The position numbers and the translations under genes were made by a program. Below the pieces are notes generated by a model. It was not told where the DNA came from and made no database searches. It was given only the letters and a program-made list of their open reading frames with translations. 64,000 nt of DNA from Lama guanicoe (taxonomy: Eukaryota), in assembly GCA_013239625.1 (NCBI GenBank), contig MU054212.1:1798001-1862000 (forward strand). Direction: 5' to 3'. Below, one piece after another: positions 53,155 through 64,000 of the stretch (position 1 is its first letter; every line of letters begins with the position of its first letter).

Positions 53155-53750
53155 CACTCATTTATTCATTCCTCCACAAGCATCTGCTGAACACCTGTGT
53201 CCCCCCAGGTGCCGCCCCAGCATTGCAGCCCTGGGCAAAGAGGGTCTGGCCAGATGGATGGCTGACTGGCTAGGCAAGGACTCCTGGAAGAAGGATGGTC
53301 CCAGATTTCATGCCTCCAAAGTGCTCATGGTCTAAAGAGTCCTGTGTGTACTTCCTGGTAAAGCAACATGGCAGGATGAGTTAGGAACGACCACAGAAAT
53401 AACATGCCCGCTAACCCTGCCTGACTTTTGGGGAAGGCTTTGCAGTGGACGTAACTCAGAACGTTTTAGTTGAGGCTGGAGACGTGAAGAGGCATTTGGG
53501 ATGCAGGGAGGGCACTCCAGGCCAGAGACCCACGTGGGTAAAAGCAATGAAGCAAGAAGATGCAAGGTCTGTTCGTGGACCTGCAGCGCCGACTGGGTGG
53601 ACTCTGGAGTGGCCGGAACCAAGGGTACTGATGAGAAATGAAGGCAGAGAGAAGTCCGGGGCTAGAGGCGGAAGAGCCTCTGAACCCTGCAAAGGACTTC
53701 AGCCTTTGTCTTGTAGGTGAAGAAGGACTGTGGAAGTTTTTCAACAGAGG
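53155..53750 (-). mobile_element. Degraded L2 fragments inside the putative UTR
   Basis: CACTCATTTATTCATTCC...CATCTGCTGAACACCTG (L2 tail); GGGCACTCCAGGCCAGAG...GTGGGTAAAAGCAATGAAG (L2 body). Confidence 0.55.
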
Positions 53751-54360
53751 GCTTTGTCTTTGTTGTCTTTAACTCTCCCATCAGTCTAGCCAAAATGCCT
53801 GCCCAGTGACAGGGGGTGAAGGGGCAGGGGCTTGACTTCCAGGGTTACCCAGTCGGGGCTGAGAGCGCCAGTGAGGGAGACGGAGACTTGTGAAGAGGAC
53901 CCAGGTCTTCGTTCCCTACTTCACACTAAGCCCATCTTTTAAAGAAGACTAACAACAAATGAGGACGTTGTTATTTCAGTCACCCTTATTTAAAACGTGC
54001 CACTTTTATGAACCCAGTAAAAGATAAGCTGGAATTTTAAAATTATTCTTTTGTAGCACAAAAGTACATACAGGAGCAGACTAGTTTTATACCAAAGCTT
54101 TTTTTCTTAATTTTGATTCTAAATAAATACTTCTGCGATATTTTTTCACCAATAGGGTAATCAAAATACTGATGCATCCTAAAAACTTTCCTATCCCTTT
54201 AAATACCAACATAATTATGATCAAAGAAGTTACAAACAGTAAGAAAGTTCAGTTGCTCAAAATGCACTGTCTAAATTTTCTCACACATTTTCCTTTCTCC
54301 AAGAGTCAAGTCTGATCTTATAGAAAGTTTTTTTTTTAATTTAAAAACTTAAGAAAATAA

Positions 54361-54532
54361 GGGAGGTGGGTATAGCCCAAGTGGTAGCGCATATGCTTAG
54401 TGGGCATGAGGTCCTAGGTTCAGTCCCCAGTGCCTCCTCTGAAAAATAAATAAATAAACAAACAAACAAATAAATAAACAAACCTAATTACCTCCTCCTC
54501 CAATAAATAAATAAATAAAACCAGCTGTGTAT
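54361..54532 (+). mobile_element. tRNA-derived SINE, camelid Vic-1 type
   Basis: Head GGGAGGTGGGTATAGCCCAAGTGGTAG (A-box-like), GGTTCAGTCCCCAG (B-box-like), (AAAT/AAAC)n, CCTAATTACCTCC motif and a second A-rich tail. TSD AAAACTTAAGAAAATAA (54344-54360) versus AAAATTTAAGAAAATAA (54533-54549), 16/17 identical. Confidence 0.88.
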
Positions 54533-57500
54533 AAAATTTAAGAAAATAAATACAAGAATCTATGACAATAGTTATCTAAATGATAAGACATTGACAGGAG
54601 GAGGTGTGATTTTTTTTAAAACCATAACCAGAGTCAAAAAAAAAGAAATTATTTAAATTATTTAAAAATATTTAAGTGCATCCTATAGACATTGTACATT
54701 CAGTTGAATTTTAGAGGTTAATAGAGGAAGCTATACTGCCATCTCTCTAGCGATTTTATGTGCCGATATTGAGATACTGCAAAACAAAAATCTAAAACAA
54801 GTTGGCCGTAAGAGTTGGCAACAGTTGTTGCTTGGATGCTTTCATCCTAAACCAAAGCCATACAAGTCTCTTAAGAGGTGCAAAGAAATGAACAAATACA
54901 TATGAATCACTCATTGCAACAGATTGAAGTTGCTACTATAAAGGATTTATGCTTTGCATATTAAGAGAGAAGACTATAAATCATTTGTGAGAAGGACAAG
55001 GGTATGGCTTGTGAAGTTCAAGCTCCAACAAAAATAAAGAGCTCCAATATAAATAATGTCTAATTGGGAAACCTGGCGTAAAAGATGGTAAAGGCAGAAA
55101 GTCCTCTTGGTGTGGAGATACCTGCATACCATTGAGATCATTTATTGTCTTTTTTTTTCTTTTTCTTTGTTTCTAGGGCTCAGCTGAGAGCAAGGACAGC
55201 TCTCCCCACCCCCCAGTCATGGCGTCCACACTGGCAGTGACTCTCAAGGTAGGAAGGGGGCATATTGCTCCATGGTCTTGGGAAATGGGCAGATTTACAC
55301 TGAAAACAAACAAAAAAAGAAACTCAGGTGATTTTGCTCCAGTCCTCAAATGCTTGTCCTCACTACGTTTGAAGGTCCCTGGGATGTGTCTGCTCCCCTC
55401 CCTCAGGCTGAAAATACAAATGGCCCGATTTCATTTTCTAAAGGAAGGAATGAAGGTCTGAGCTGCACACGTTACTTGGTTGGCTTTTAGGAGTTAAGGA
55501 GAAAGATGAGGAGCGTTAGTCTCCAGAATTCACTGAAGATCCTCTGATAAGAGGAACAAGAAGTCACGTCATGGGAGCCCTCCTCGTATCTGGTGTTTTT
55601 AAAATCACAGACATTTCTTCAGAGAAGGAGACAAGAAGCAAGTGGGAAAGATGAAAAGTAGAAGAGAAGTGCAAAGCACAGGGAGAGGGCAGGCGCCACG
55701 CATGGTTCACCCCTGCCCTGGCTCCTTGCCACGCCGGCCACGCCGGCCACGGAGGCCACAGCGCCCGCCCTGAGTCCCTGGAGCTCCAAGGGGGACGCGC
55801 AGAGCGGCCAGATCGCTGCCGGGCCATCAGCAAGCAGCCTTCCCCTCTAAGAGTTTTCTGCTCTTTAGGTCTGGAGGAACCACTGCACTAGAACAAAGCA
55901 GTGGGTAATCTCACCCATTTTACACAGCAATTCACAGTCCCTAAAGTACTTTAATGCAATGACAGGTTATGAGAAAAAATACCTGTTCCAATGAAGGGAA
56001 AGTGTTTTACATAATCGAGGAGAACATCAGTGCAACATCGACGTGGGTGGGGGTGGTGATGACAGAAAAGGAAGTAGGAAGAGAAGAAAACTTCTGCAAT
56101 CCCACAGAGAGCCATATTCTACTCTGCAAAAAGCCATTTCTTGGAGACCCCATGTCTAAGTAACTGAAAATTGCAAACCATTAATCCCAGTTATGAACAG
56201 TTGTTTTACACGAGGGGGGTTTGCGTTAAAAAAAAAAAAAACCAAATTCACCACACACCTTAAAGCTTCAAAGACGATCCATGTAGGTACGATACCTTAG
56301 TAGCCAGGTTTCAGGGGGAAAAAAGGAAAAGAAAAAAACCCACTCTCTTTACTGTAAAGGGCCCCACTTGGAAGGAGTATGTTCTATCTTTTTTTCTCTA
56401 AAATGTGAAATTAAACTTAGAAAGCTAAAAAACAGATGAGGACCTTAAAAATTCCCTTCTAGCATTATGTATTTCTTTTAAAATATGAGATGCCTTTCAT
56501 TTTACAAGACTGGAATTCTCATTTTGGGCTTGGCACCCTAACACATGATTAATTCAGCCTCCGCCTTTCTGAGAGCTGACCGCATTTACTGGTCAAACGG
56601 TTTAATCCTATTTAAAATGCAATCCAAACAAAATATTTTTAAATAAAAATAAAAACCCCTGATCGCCTGAAACTGTTCACCTTGGCCAAACTATCCCATT
56701 TTCCTTTGCTCTTGATGTGAATTTAAATATTTGCACCTAGGACAACGAAGAAGCTAAGCTCTGGAGCAAAGCCAGAGGGAATCCGCCTTCCCAGGGTGAA
56801 AAAATTCAGTGCCCAGCCCCAAAAGTGGCGCCCACAGATCACCCTCACTCATACAGTATTTTGGCAGAGACCACATCTTGTCTGTGCTTTGTAATCCTCT
56901 GTTGGCATCAGCAAAATGTAAAGTAGCAAAGGTAATAAAAAAAAAAACTGTGTTTGAATGGACGTTTTTGTGAGATCTGTTGATTCAAAGATGTTAATCA
57001 TTTTTTACCATGACTTGTCTATTTATAGACCTTTGTCTCAAATTCTGACAAGCTTTTAGAACTAAGAAAAAGAGGCAGCATGCTATTTTAAAAAGGAATG
57101 AAAAAAAAAACAACAGGTTTTCACTAATTCACCATGCCATTAGAATCCCGAATTTAAACTGCAGTTGTATTCAACTTAAATGAGATGTTTTCCAACCAGA
57201 TGAAACAGTAGGCAATTGTGGCTTTGCAACAATACAAGGCGGGAAAAAATAAAAGAAATATAAAGATTAAATGTGGCTGTTTCTTTCAACAGATGGTGAC
57301 TGCACCATGGCAGCGTGTTGTTTTTTTAGTTGAAGAACGCACACATCCGTGATCAATCATCACCGATTAACTAATTCTATTACCCTCCCTTTTATCACGA
57401 GGGTTGGACCTTTATCTGTAAACACTATGGATAGTCACTATGCTCTTATTTTTCTAGAAGCATATTCCAGTACACACACAGTCGTGCAGTTCCAGGCTGC

Positions 57501-59574
57501 AAACAGAATTCTACATTATCATCCACCTTTAAGCACTACTGCTTTAAAAAAATTTTTTTTTTTAAACAAAAGCAATTGGTTTCCAACAGGCTGGATAATA
57601 AGTCTTTTGACCTGCATTCTTCTTTGACCCATTAAGGTCACCCCTGTGCTCGGGCACAGAGCTGACTTAGGAAATGCCTGCAAGTCCTACATTTCATCTC
57701 CTGCCCACTCAAAATAAAGCTTTCTTTAAATGTGTCTGTACGGGTCCCTGAAGGCCAAAGAGGGATCCCTGTAGTGGGCAATGGAGGGACAGAAGCTTCT
57801 GCCTTTATTAATGAATGCAGACCATTATGAGTCTGGCCGGCTCCTTCCCTGTTCCCAGAAGCATATACTGTACGTGACTTAAAATGCTAGAATATTGACA
57901 CAAAGCGAGCCAGGCACCCCTAAGGAAAATTACTCCTTGGATATAATGTAGGCTCGTAACAGCTATTAGAGTACAAAATAAAACCCTCCGGGATCAAACT
58001 GACATATACCGCATTCTACCTAGTCCTCAAACATTAGAAGAATTTCTTTGTGAAGGCACTCTCAAGGACAGCATTAAACTGACTTTTGTAGCAGTCTGCA
58101 ACAGCTTTTTGGCTTAGAGCTTTTAGTACTAAATCTCTGGTTTGAATCAATATAAGTACTATATCTTCTACATTAATCAATACATTTGGTTCAATACATG
58201 TTCTATTAAATTATACTTTCTAATCAAGACTTTTACATTTCCACCCTCTCTTTTTTCATTCTCAACTTCTTTTTGCTAGTAAAACAGTTTTAAAAGTGTA
58301 CACAGCTAACGAAGACAGGATACTTAGGAAAAAAAAATACAATGGCAAAAGGCAGACTTTAAACGTCTTAGTAACATTAACAGGATGTGAAAGCAATAAA
58401 TTAACATTTTCAAAGTCCACACAATTACAAAAGTAATCACAGTTTAAAATTAATTAAAAGTGAATTGCTGCAGCTCTGGAAGTAACATTAGAATGTTCTG
58501 AAAATTAAAGTGAAGACCCAAATCATCCAAAATACCAACCAGACCCCGTTTTACCACGCCAGAGTTTCCACTGTCTACAAATTACGTGCTTCTGGCTGGA
58601 GACATTTGGGGTAACTGTGTTTTCATGGGCCCTGCCTGGTAACATCAGAAACATGTATGCAGGTGTGTGCCTTTTGGTGAGATGTTATATTTTAATAAAT
58701 ATTCTTAAATGATAAATACATAGTATTTCCCACAGTGCTTTGAGAATCTAAAAACCATATTTGTACCAGGGATTTTCATAACCAGGGAGGCTGACTCACA
58801 ATTTTTTGGTAGAATTTACTAAAATGAGGTTCTACTCTTTTATTTTGATAAATAGCAATGGAAATTCAATTCCCAAATTGTCCTCATGTGCTTTTTCCCT
58901 CTCTTTAATGCCATGAATGTTGCATTTATGATCATGTTTGCACGGACAGAATCTCCCTTTTTATTTTTTCATATGGTAATGTCATCACCATGAACTTAGA
59001 GAGACACTGATGCATTTTCTTTTGACATTTAACAGTTCACATGGGCTTGGCCTGACATCTCGAAGCATTTTCTGGATGACACTAAGCTATATTAAAGCAA
59101 AAGGTGAAATGGCATCATCAGACGTGATCACAAAAATATAAGATACGCAAGACAGAAAAGGACTATTGGGTTATTTCGTTTGTCCCTTTGCTGGACAAAA
59201 ATTGTTCTATAAAGTTGACACTCTGGGCTAGTTTTAAATGGTTTTGGCAAGGAAGCTTCCATCACACCTCCCATAGGAAGCGACTTCACATTCTAATAAG
59301 ACCTCACTGAAGGACGTGTTGCTGTTCTCTGGACATTCATGCCAAATAACCCTAGGAAAGGCTGAGCTGAGATAATCCTGAAGCATGTGGACTTGGGCAC
59401 GGCCATGAGTTTACGCTGAGATGCCTTGACCATGTATCCGTAGTATAAAGTTCCTCTGTCTCATCTTAAGTAACCACAGAGACAAGCCAGTAAGCTACTC
59501 CTTAGCCATACAAAATAGGTCAATCGCTTTGTTTCACAGAGGTCTACAGATAGATTCCAGAAGGCCAGTGGGAC

Positions 59575-59791
59575 CAGGTTTCCCAGCCTCAGCGTGACTA
59601 CAACATTGGGCTTGGTCAGTTCTTCATTCAGCAGGGCTGCGCGGTTGCACTGGAGGACGTCAGCAACTCCCCAGCCTCTGTCAACCACATACTAGTGGCA
59701 CCTTCCCAGCTGTGACAACCAGAAATCTCTAGAAATAATTGCCACATACCCCCGGTGGGGGAAAAAAACCATCCCTGGTTGAGGACCATTG
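59575..59791 (-). mobile_element. MER20 hAT-Charlie element inside the putative UTR
   Basis: CAGCTGTGACAACCAGAAATCTCTAGAAATAATTGCCACATACCCCC...CCCTGGTTGAGGACCATTG is the reverse complement of the MER20 start. Confidence 0.8.
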
Positions 59792-62728
59792 CCTCACAGT
59801 GTTTTGAAAACACACTGAGCTTGCTAAGCCATGCTTGGGCATGCGACTCAGTCTTCAGTCTCAGAGGTATCTCGCTCATCAAAATGGGAAAAAGAAGGAC
59901 AGCAAAAGGAACACAGACGCACCGCATGGAACTCCAGTGCGTGGCATTTAAAGTGCAGTGAATGGCGAGGCTGGGCATTTGTTAAGAAATCAAGGAAAGG
60001 ATTCTTTGAGATATATAATAAATGGCATTGCTTCTGTGGAGAATTGAGTCTCTCCAAAAATGTCCACTCATTCAGCAATTTACTAACAGCTTTCATGAAC
60101 CATCAGTGAACAAAGGTGGTACATTTCAGTGGCAAATAATCAATGCTGCTTTAGGAATATTGACAATCTAGTAAAGTATAAAAGGGACCTAACTATGAAA
60201 CTCTGGATATTCATATTTAGGGTATGGAAACAGCAATCCATTCCGAACGAAGTGCAGAGCTGCCATCCCTAACTTGCTGGTCTGGATGCAACAGCAGGAG
60301 GCAGCTACCCCTGTAGGTGCCGTCAGAGAACCAGAGAAATGGTTTCGGAGCTGGGAGAGTTACGTCAGCGCCCGTTCCAATATCTCATTTTATAGATGAG
60401 GAAGTTAAGTCCCCAGGGAGTGTAGGCCAACTTTCAAGCTCTTAGAGCTGCCCCGGGGGCTGAGCTGGCTTCGGGGAAGAGCAGTTGCTGAGTGGTGCTG
60501 GTTTCTGGGTTCAGATCCTGGGGCTGGGCTGGCTGCAGAGATGACATGCTCACCGGCAGGGTGCTCAGCAGTGACAGAGGACAGGTTGCACGGGCCACGG
60601 AGAAAGGGCGCCTCACCTCTGTGAGAGGCTGTGGGCTGAGTTCTCAGAGGAGTTAGTGCTCAGTGTTGGAGGAGGACGAGGAGAGAAGAGAGAGATGGTC
60701 TCCAGGCCAGGGGAGCAAGTCTGAGTCGGGCTGAGAGCCGCAGGGGCGGTGCCGGGTCACCTGTGGGGCTGCAGATCCACCGAGCTGGGCAGGGACGGGG
60801 GTCTCTTCGAATGGAGCTGATTTTCACCATTTTACAACGTCCAGTGGAGCTGGGAAAGCCGACGGGGTGAACAGCGTCTCAAGAGCACCCACCTAAGGAG
60901 CCTAGCCTTAGTCTAACGTGAGTCTTCAGAGCCTAGGCAGAGTAATTTTTAAAAGGATGCCATGTTCACACTGCTAATATAGAACAATTTCTAGTGTTTT
61001 GACCATTAAACATTTCAGAGAAGTTAAAACAAGCCACTCTGGCCGACCAGCTTCAAAAGGACCAATCCTGCTGACGGGTCCCACGTGGGCAATGTTAACC
61101 GGGTAACAATTTCGTTTCTCATTACGAACTTAAAAGTGGTAGTAAAATTTCAGTTGCTAGCTGACCCTTATCTGTTTTGCATACAGGATAGGTTTGAAAT
61201 TTCCCTTTTCTGGAACTGATAAGAATCCGTACTATCTACTACATTGAGAAAACAAAAAGTGCCAAATTGGAAGAATAATCCAAAAAGAGCGAAATGGACA
61301 CTGGGAAAATATTTTAGAAGCATAAAGTTTATTTTTAAAAGAGAACAATGAAGTGAGCTACCTGTCTACAGGCGTGGAGCCAACAGAAAATTTAAGTCAA
61401 ACTATAGAGAGCCAGCAAAAATGAAAAAGAGTCTGGAGAGTAAAGATTCTGCTCAAAGTCTAGAATTGCAGGATCCCAGCAAACTGTGGGACAGAAGGCT
61501 TTGCCAGGCAACACATCTAATAAGATATTCAGAGATTAAGTCAGTCCTTCACAGACAGATGTGTCCATGTGCCAGTTGTTGCTACACTTTAATTTTTCCC
61601 CCTGTAATGCTTAATTTATCACACTGGTGCTTTCTAAACTAGAACATCTGTAAACAAGGTTAAGAATGACCTCCTTCCAATTTTACATCAGTGAACAGTG
61701 CCCCTTCTTCGTGCTCTAATTTTAAAGATACATAAATCTCTGGGAGGAAGTAAAAAGAAGCTTGGCTGATACTGCAATGTGTTCACGTTGGGCGAATACA
61801 AACTTCTCTGCCTGGCTCTGGGTGCACGGGACTGACTTGACGTTCAAGCCATACTCAGGCACCACCCCCCTCTTCCCAGTCAACCGCAATTAAACAAACT
61901 TCTACTAAATATTTAACAGCCTTGTGTAGTAATTAGCGGCAAAAAATGGGAGCTTAAATTGATAACTGCTCAGAAATGTCCTCTTGCAAACATCACACAT
62001 TTCCTGCTCCTCCCTTTTCTCTTAGATTTTGAATCCCGGAAGGTTTTTTGGTAAAGGATTTAGTTAGTGAAATTGCCCATCGTCACAGTAGTCGGCCCAA
62101 GATCTTGTGGTCAGGTTGGGTTGTTTTTCCGCCAGCTGCAAGATTCCACTGGCCTTCCTTATTTAATGTCTGTTTTAAAAATCCATTGAAATTGAAAGTT
62201 ATGTACCTGAAAGCTGTTGGAACAGGGCATTGATTTAAAAACTGACTGGCAGGCTTAGGATTTAAACTCTGGTCCACTAGATTCAAAAGGTCATCTGATT
62301 AGAATGGGAGAAGCACAAGGCATAGTAATTTATATTCAAAGGGTAACCTTTGTAGGGAGGAGGAGGAAGCAAGAACTCTTCCTGCTTTTCCACTCGATGT
62401 GGACAAGGGTTCCCTTCAGCCACCTCCCAATAATTATGAAAAATAGTTTATTGAATGGGGGCAAAAAGCAAAAGAAATGCCACTTCCTTATAGTGTAATA
62501 TTTCTTTTATTAAAAACCCTGCCACACTCTCTAGGAGGTAAACTCACAGTAAGAGTAAGTCAACATGTTATAAATCATGAAGAGTAACAGAAAACCATCT
62601 CTCCCTATTGTAAGCAACCCAATGACTGTCTACTAGGGCATTTGCTTTGTACATATACATACAAAGAATAGAGCTGTGAAAGGACAGTGTACCGATTTAC
62701 AGAATTGACATAAACTGTGTTAAGGATG

Positions 62729-62762
62729 AGTGTGTGTGCGCATGCGTGCATGTGTGCACATC
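62729..62762. repeat. (TG)/(TGCA)-type alternating purine-pyrimidine tract
   Basis: AGTGTGTGTGCGCATGCGTGCATGTGTGCACA. Confidence 0.7.
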
Positions 62763-64000
62763 CGTGCCTACGCGGGGTGCTGGTGTGAGCGTGTGCTGTG
62801 GAGAGTGGAAAGAGTTACATACGTGCGTGGGTTCTACAGGTAAAACCCTGCTGTTTGCCTTTGATCTTTGGGTCCCCCAGGGCTCATATTCCCGCATGGA
62901 GAATGCAATTACAAAGAGCCCCAAGTAGACCTTGTTTTAAATTCTAAGAAAGTCCTTTTAAAATGCAAGCCCAATTCTATTAGGGTGTCTCTCATTTTAA
63001 ATTAAAAAAAAAAATCCTGGTTTGGAGAGAGGAGAAACAATCCTGCACTCAAGCTTGGTGCTTTTCTTCTGGCTTGTTCTCTTTCCCTGCATGTTTTCAT
63101 GTATTATAGAAGGTTCCAAATCTCTTATCTTTAACAATCTCCTGCCACCTCGTCCCCTGAAATCATCCCTGTTTATGAGCCAGTGCACACAGGCACCAAG
63201 AGAGGAAATCAGGAATGCTTAAGTGCGTCTCTGCTCCTACATGGAACCGTCATGGGTCTTCAGATATGCTTGCATTCCTTCTTGTCCCTCATCTCTTCTT
63301 GCCCCAGAATCTTTCAGGTCTTAAAATGGCAGAGCTGCCCCCACTCTCTGGCCAAGAAGAGCCTCTATTTGCTGCATAAACCCACGCATTAAACTCCCGT
63401 TCTCTTCCCATTTCCTGGGCATCTTTTCTGACGCTGCTTCTTGGTCTCTGTGGAACAGTTTCCTCACCCCTCGTGGTGCACAGAGCTCCTAGACAGACAG
63501 CCCTGTAATTCCCCCACACGAGGATGTGCTGTAGCTATGGTGAGAGTCATCTATAACCCTTGCGTCCTTATATAATTTGCTACTCCAAGTTAATTTTAAT
63601 TCATTACAATAAAGCAATATAATTAAAAAAATAACTCCTTCAAGTGAAGTATTTAACATGATCCTGGAAGAAAGACAGCTTCCACGAACAGAGGGCCAGG
63701 CAGCAGGCCTGGTGCACGCTCATGCAAATTCAAAGGTGAGCCGTAAACAAGCCCGCGCACCAACTCCGCCACGCGGAAGACCGGCGGCGGGAGGCCTCAT
63801 TCTAATCAGTCCTCAAAGGAACCTGCCATACAGAAGTGGCACTTATTCTAATTTAAAGCCCTCATGCTTGCTTCACTGTTGCAAAATTTATAGAAGAATA
63901 ACTTCATTACACCGCCTGGCACTTCAAACATAAATGCAAACCAGCCACAACGTAGAAGGAACTGGACAAGAGAAGGAGAAATACTCCCAGAGTTGTTAAC

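Larger units (their letters stand above)
51320..64000 (-). other. ONECUT2: Distal part of a very long 3' UTR (terminal exon) of a minus-strand gene whose CDS lies beyond the window; tentatively ONECUT2, with ZNF704 or another >12 kb-UTR gene as alternatives
   Basis: Seen: canonical minus-strand poly(A) site at ~51.32 kb; 12.7 kb of repeat-poor sequence with U-rich tracts on the minus strand; no coding exon; many miRNA seed matches, including a 13-nt miR-9 match. Knowledge: ONECUT2 has an unusually long (~14 kb) 3' UTR and is a well-known miR-9 target. The gene identity rests on inference and recollection of the mRNA 3' end, not on an alignment. Confidence 0.5.

Noticed and set aside
53106..53170. 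Possible miR-9 precursor gene on the plus strand
   Set aside because: Only 13 nt match; there is no miR-9-3p arm (ATAAAGCTAGATAACCGAAAG) and no hairpin. It is better explained as a target site on the minus strand.
54361..54440. tRNA gene
   Set aside because: The tRNA-like head runs into A-rich tails and is flanked by a 17-bp TSD, so it is a SINE.
60434..60800. GC-rich segment as a coding exon of the minus-strand gene
   Set aside because: No recognisable protein similarity and no convincing acceptor/donor pair; treated as GC-rich UTR.
1..64000. Prokaryotic features (CRISPR arrays, operons, rRNA)
   Set aside because: The sequence is clearly mammalian, with no regularly spaced direct repeats or long ORFs.

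Overview
Mammalian genomic DNA, most likely camelid: there is a single tRNA-derived SINE of the Vic-1 type, a cetartiodactyl-type L1 3' end, and no Alu, B1/B2 or Bov-A/tA elements. I find no credible protein-coding exon. The ORF track is noise apart from transposon remnants. Bases ~1-51,300 are intergenic and contain old L1, L2, MIR, MaLR/ERVL solo LTRs, hAT MITEs and several repeat-free stretches rich in homeodomain motifs. Bases ~51,320-64,000 read as the distal part of a very long (>12.6 kb) minus-strand 3' UTR ending at a canonical poly(A) site. My tentative guess for the gene is ONECUT2, which is unverified because no CDS lies in the window. The best finds are a frameshifted but co-linear ZBED4-like hAT transposase fossil (~47.0-47.45 kb), a 13-nt perfect miR-9 complementary site next to a miR-25/92 8mer in the UTR, a candidate L1 3' transduction (~43.9-44.15 kb) and a candidate twin-primed inverted L1 (~0.15-1.8 kb). 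I do not see evidence for a wholly new multi-gene system. Repeat subfamily names come from recalled consensus sequences, and boundaries are approximate unless a TSD is quoted.
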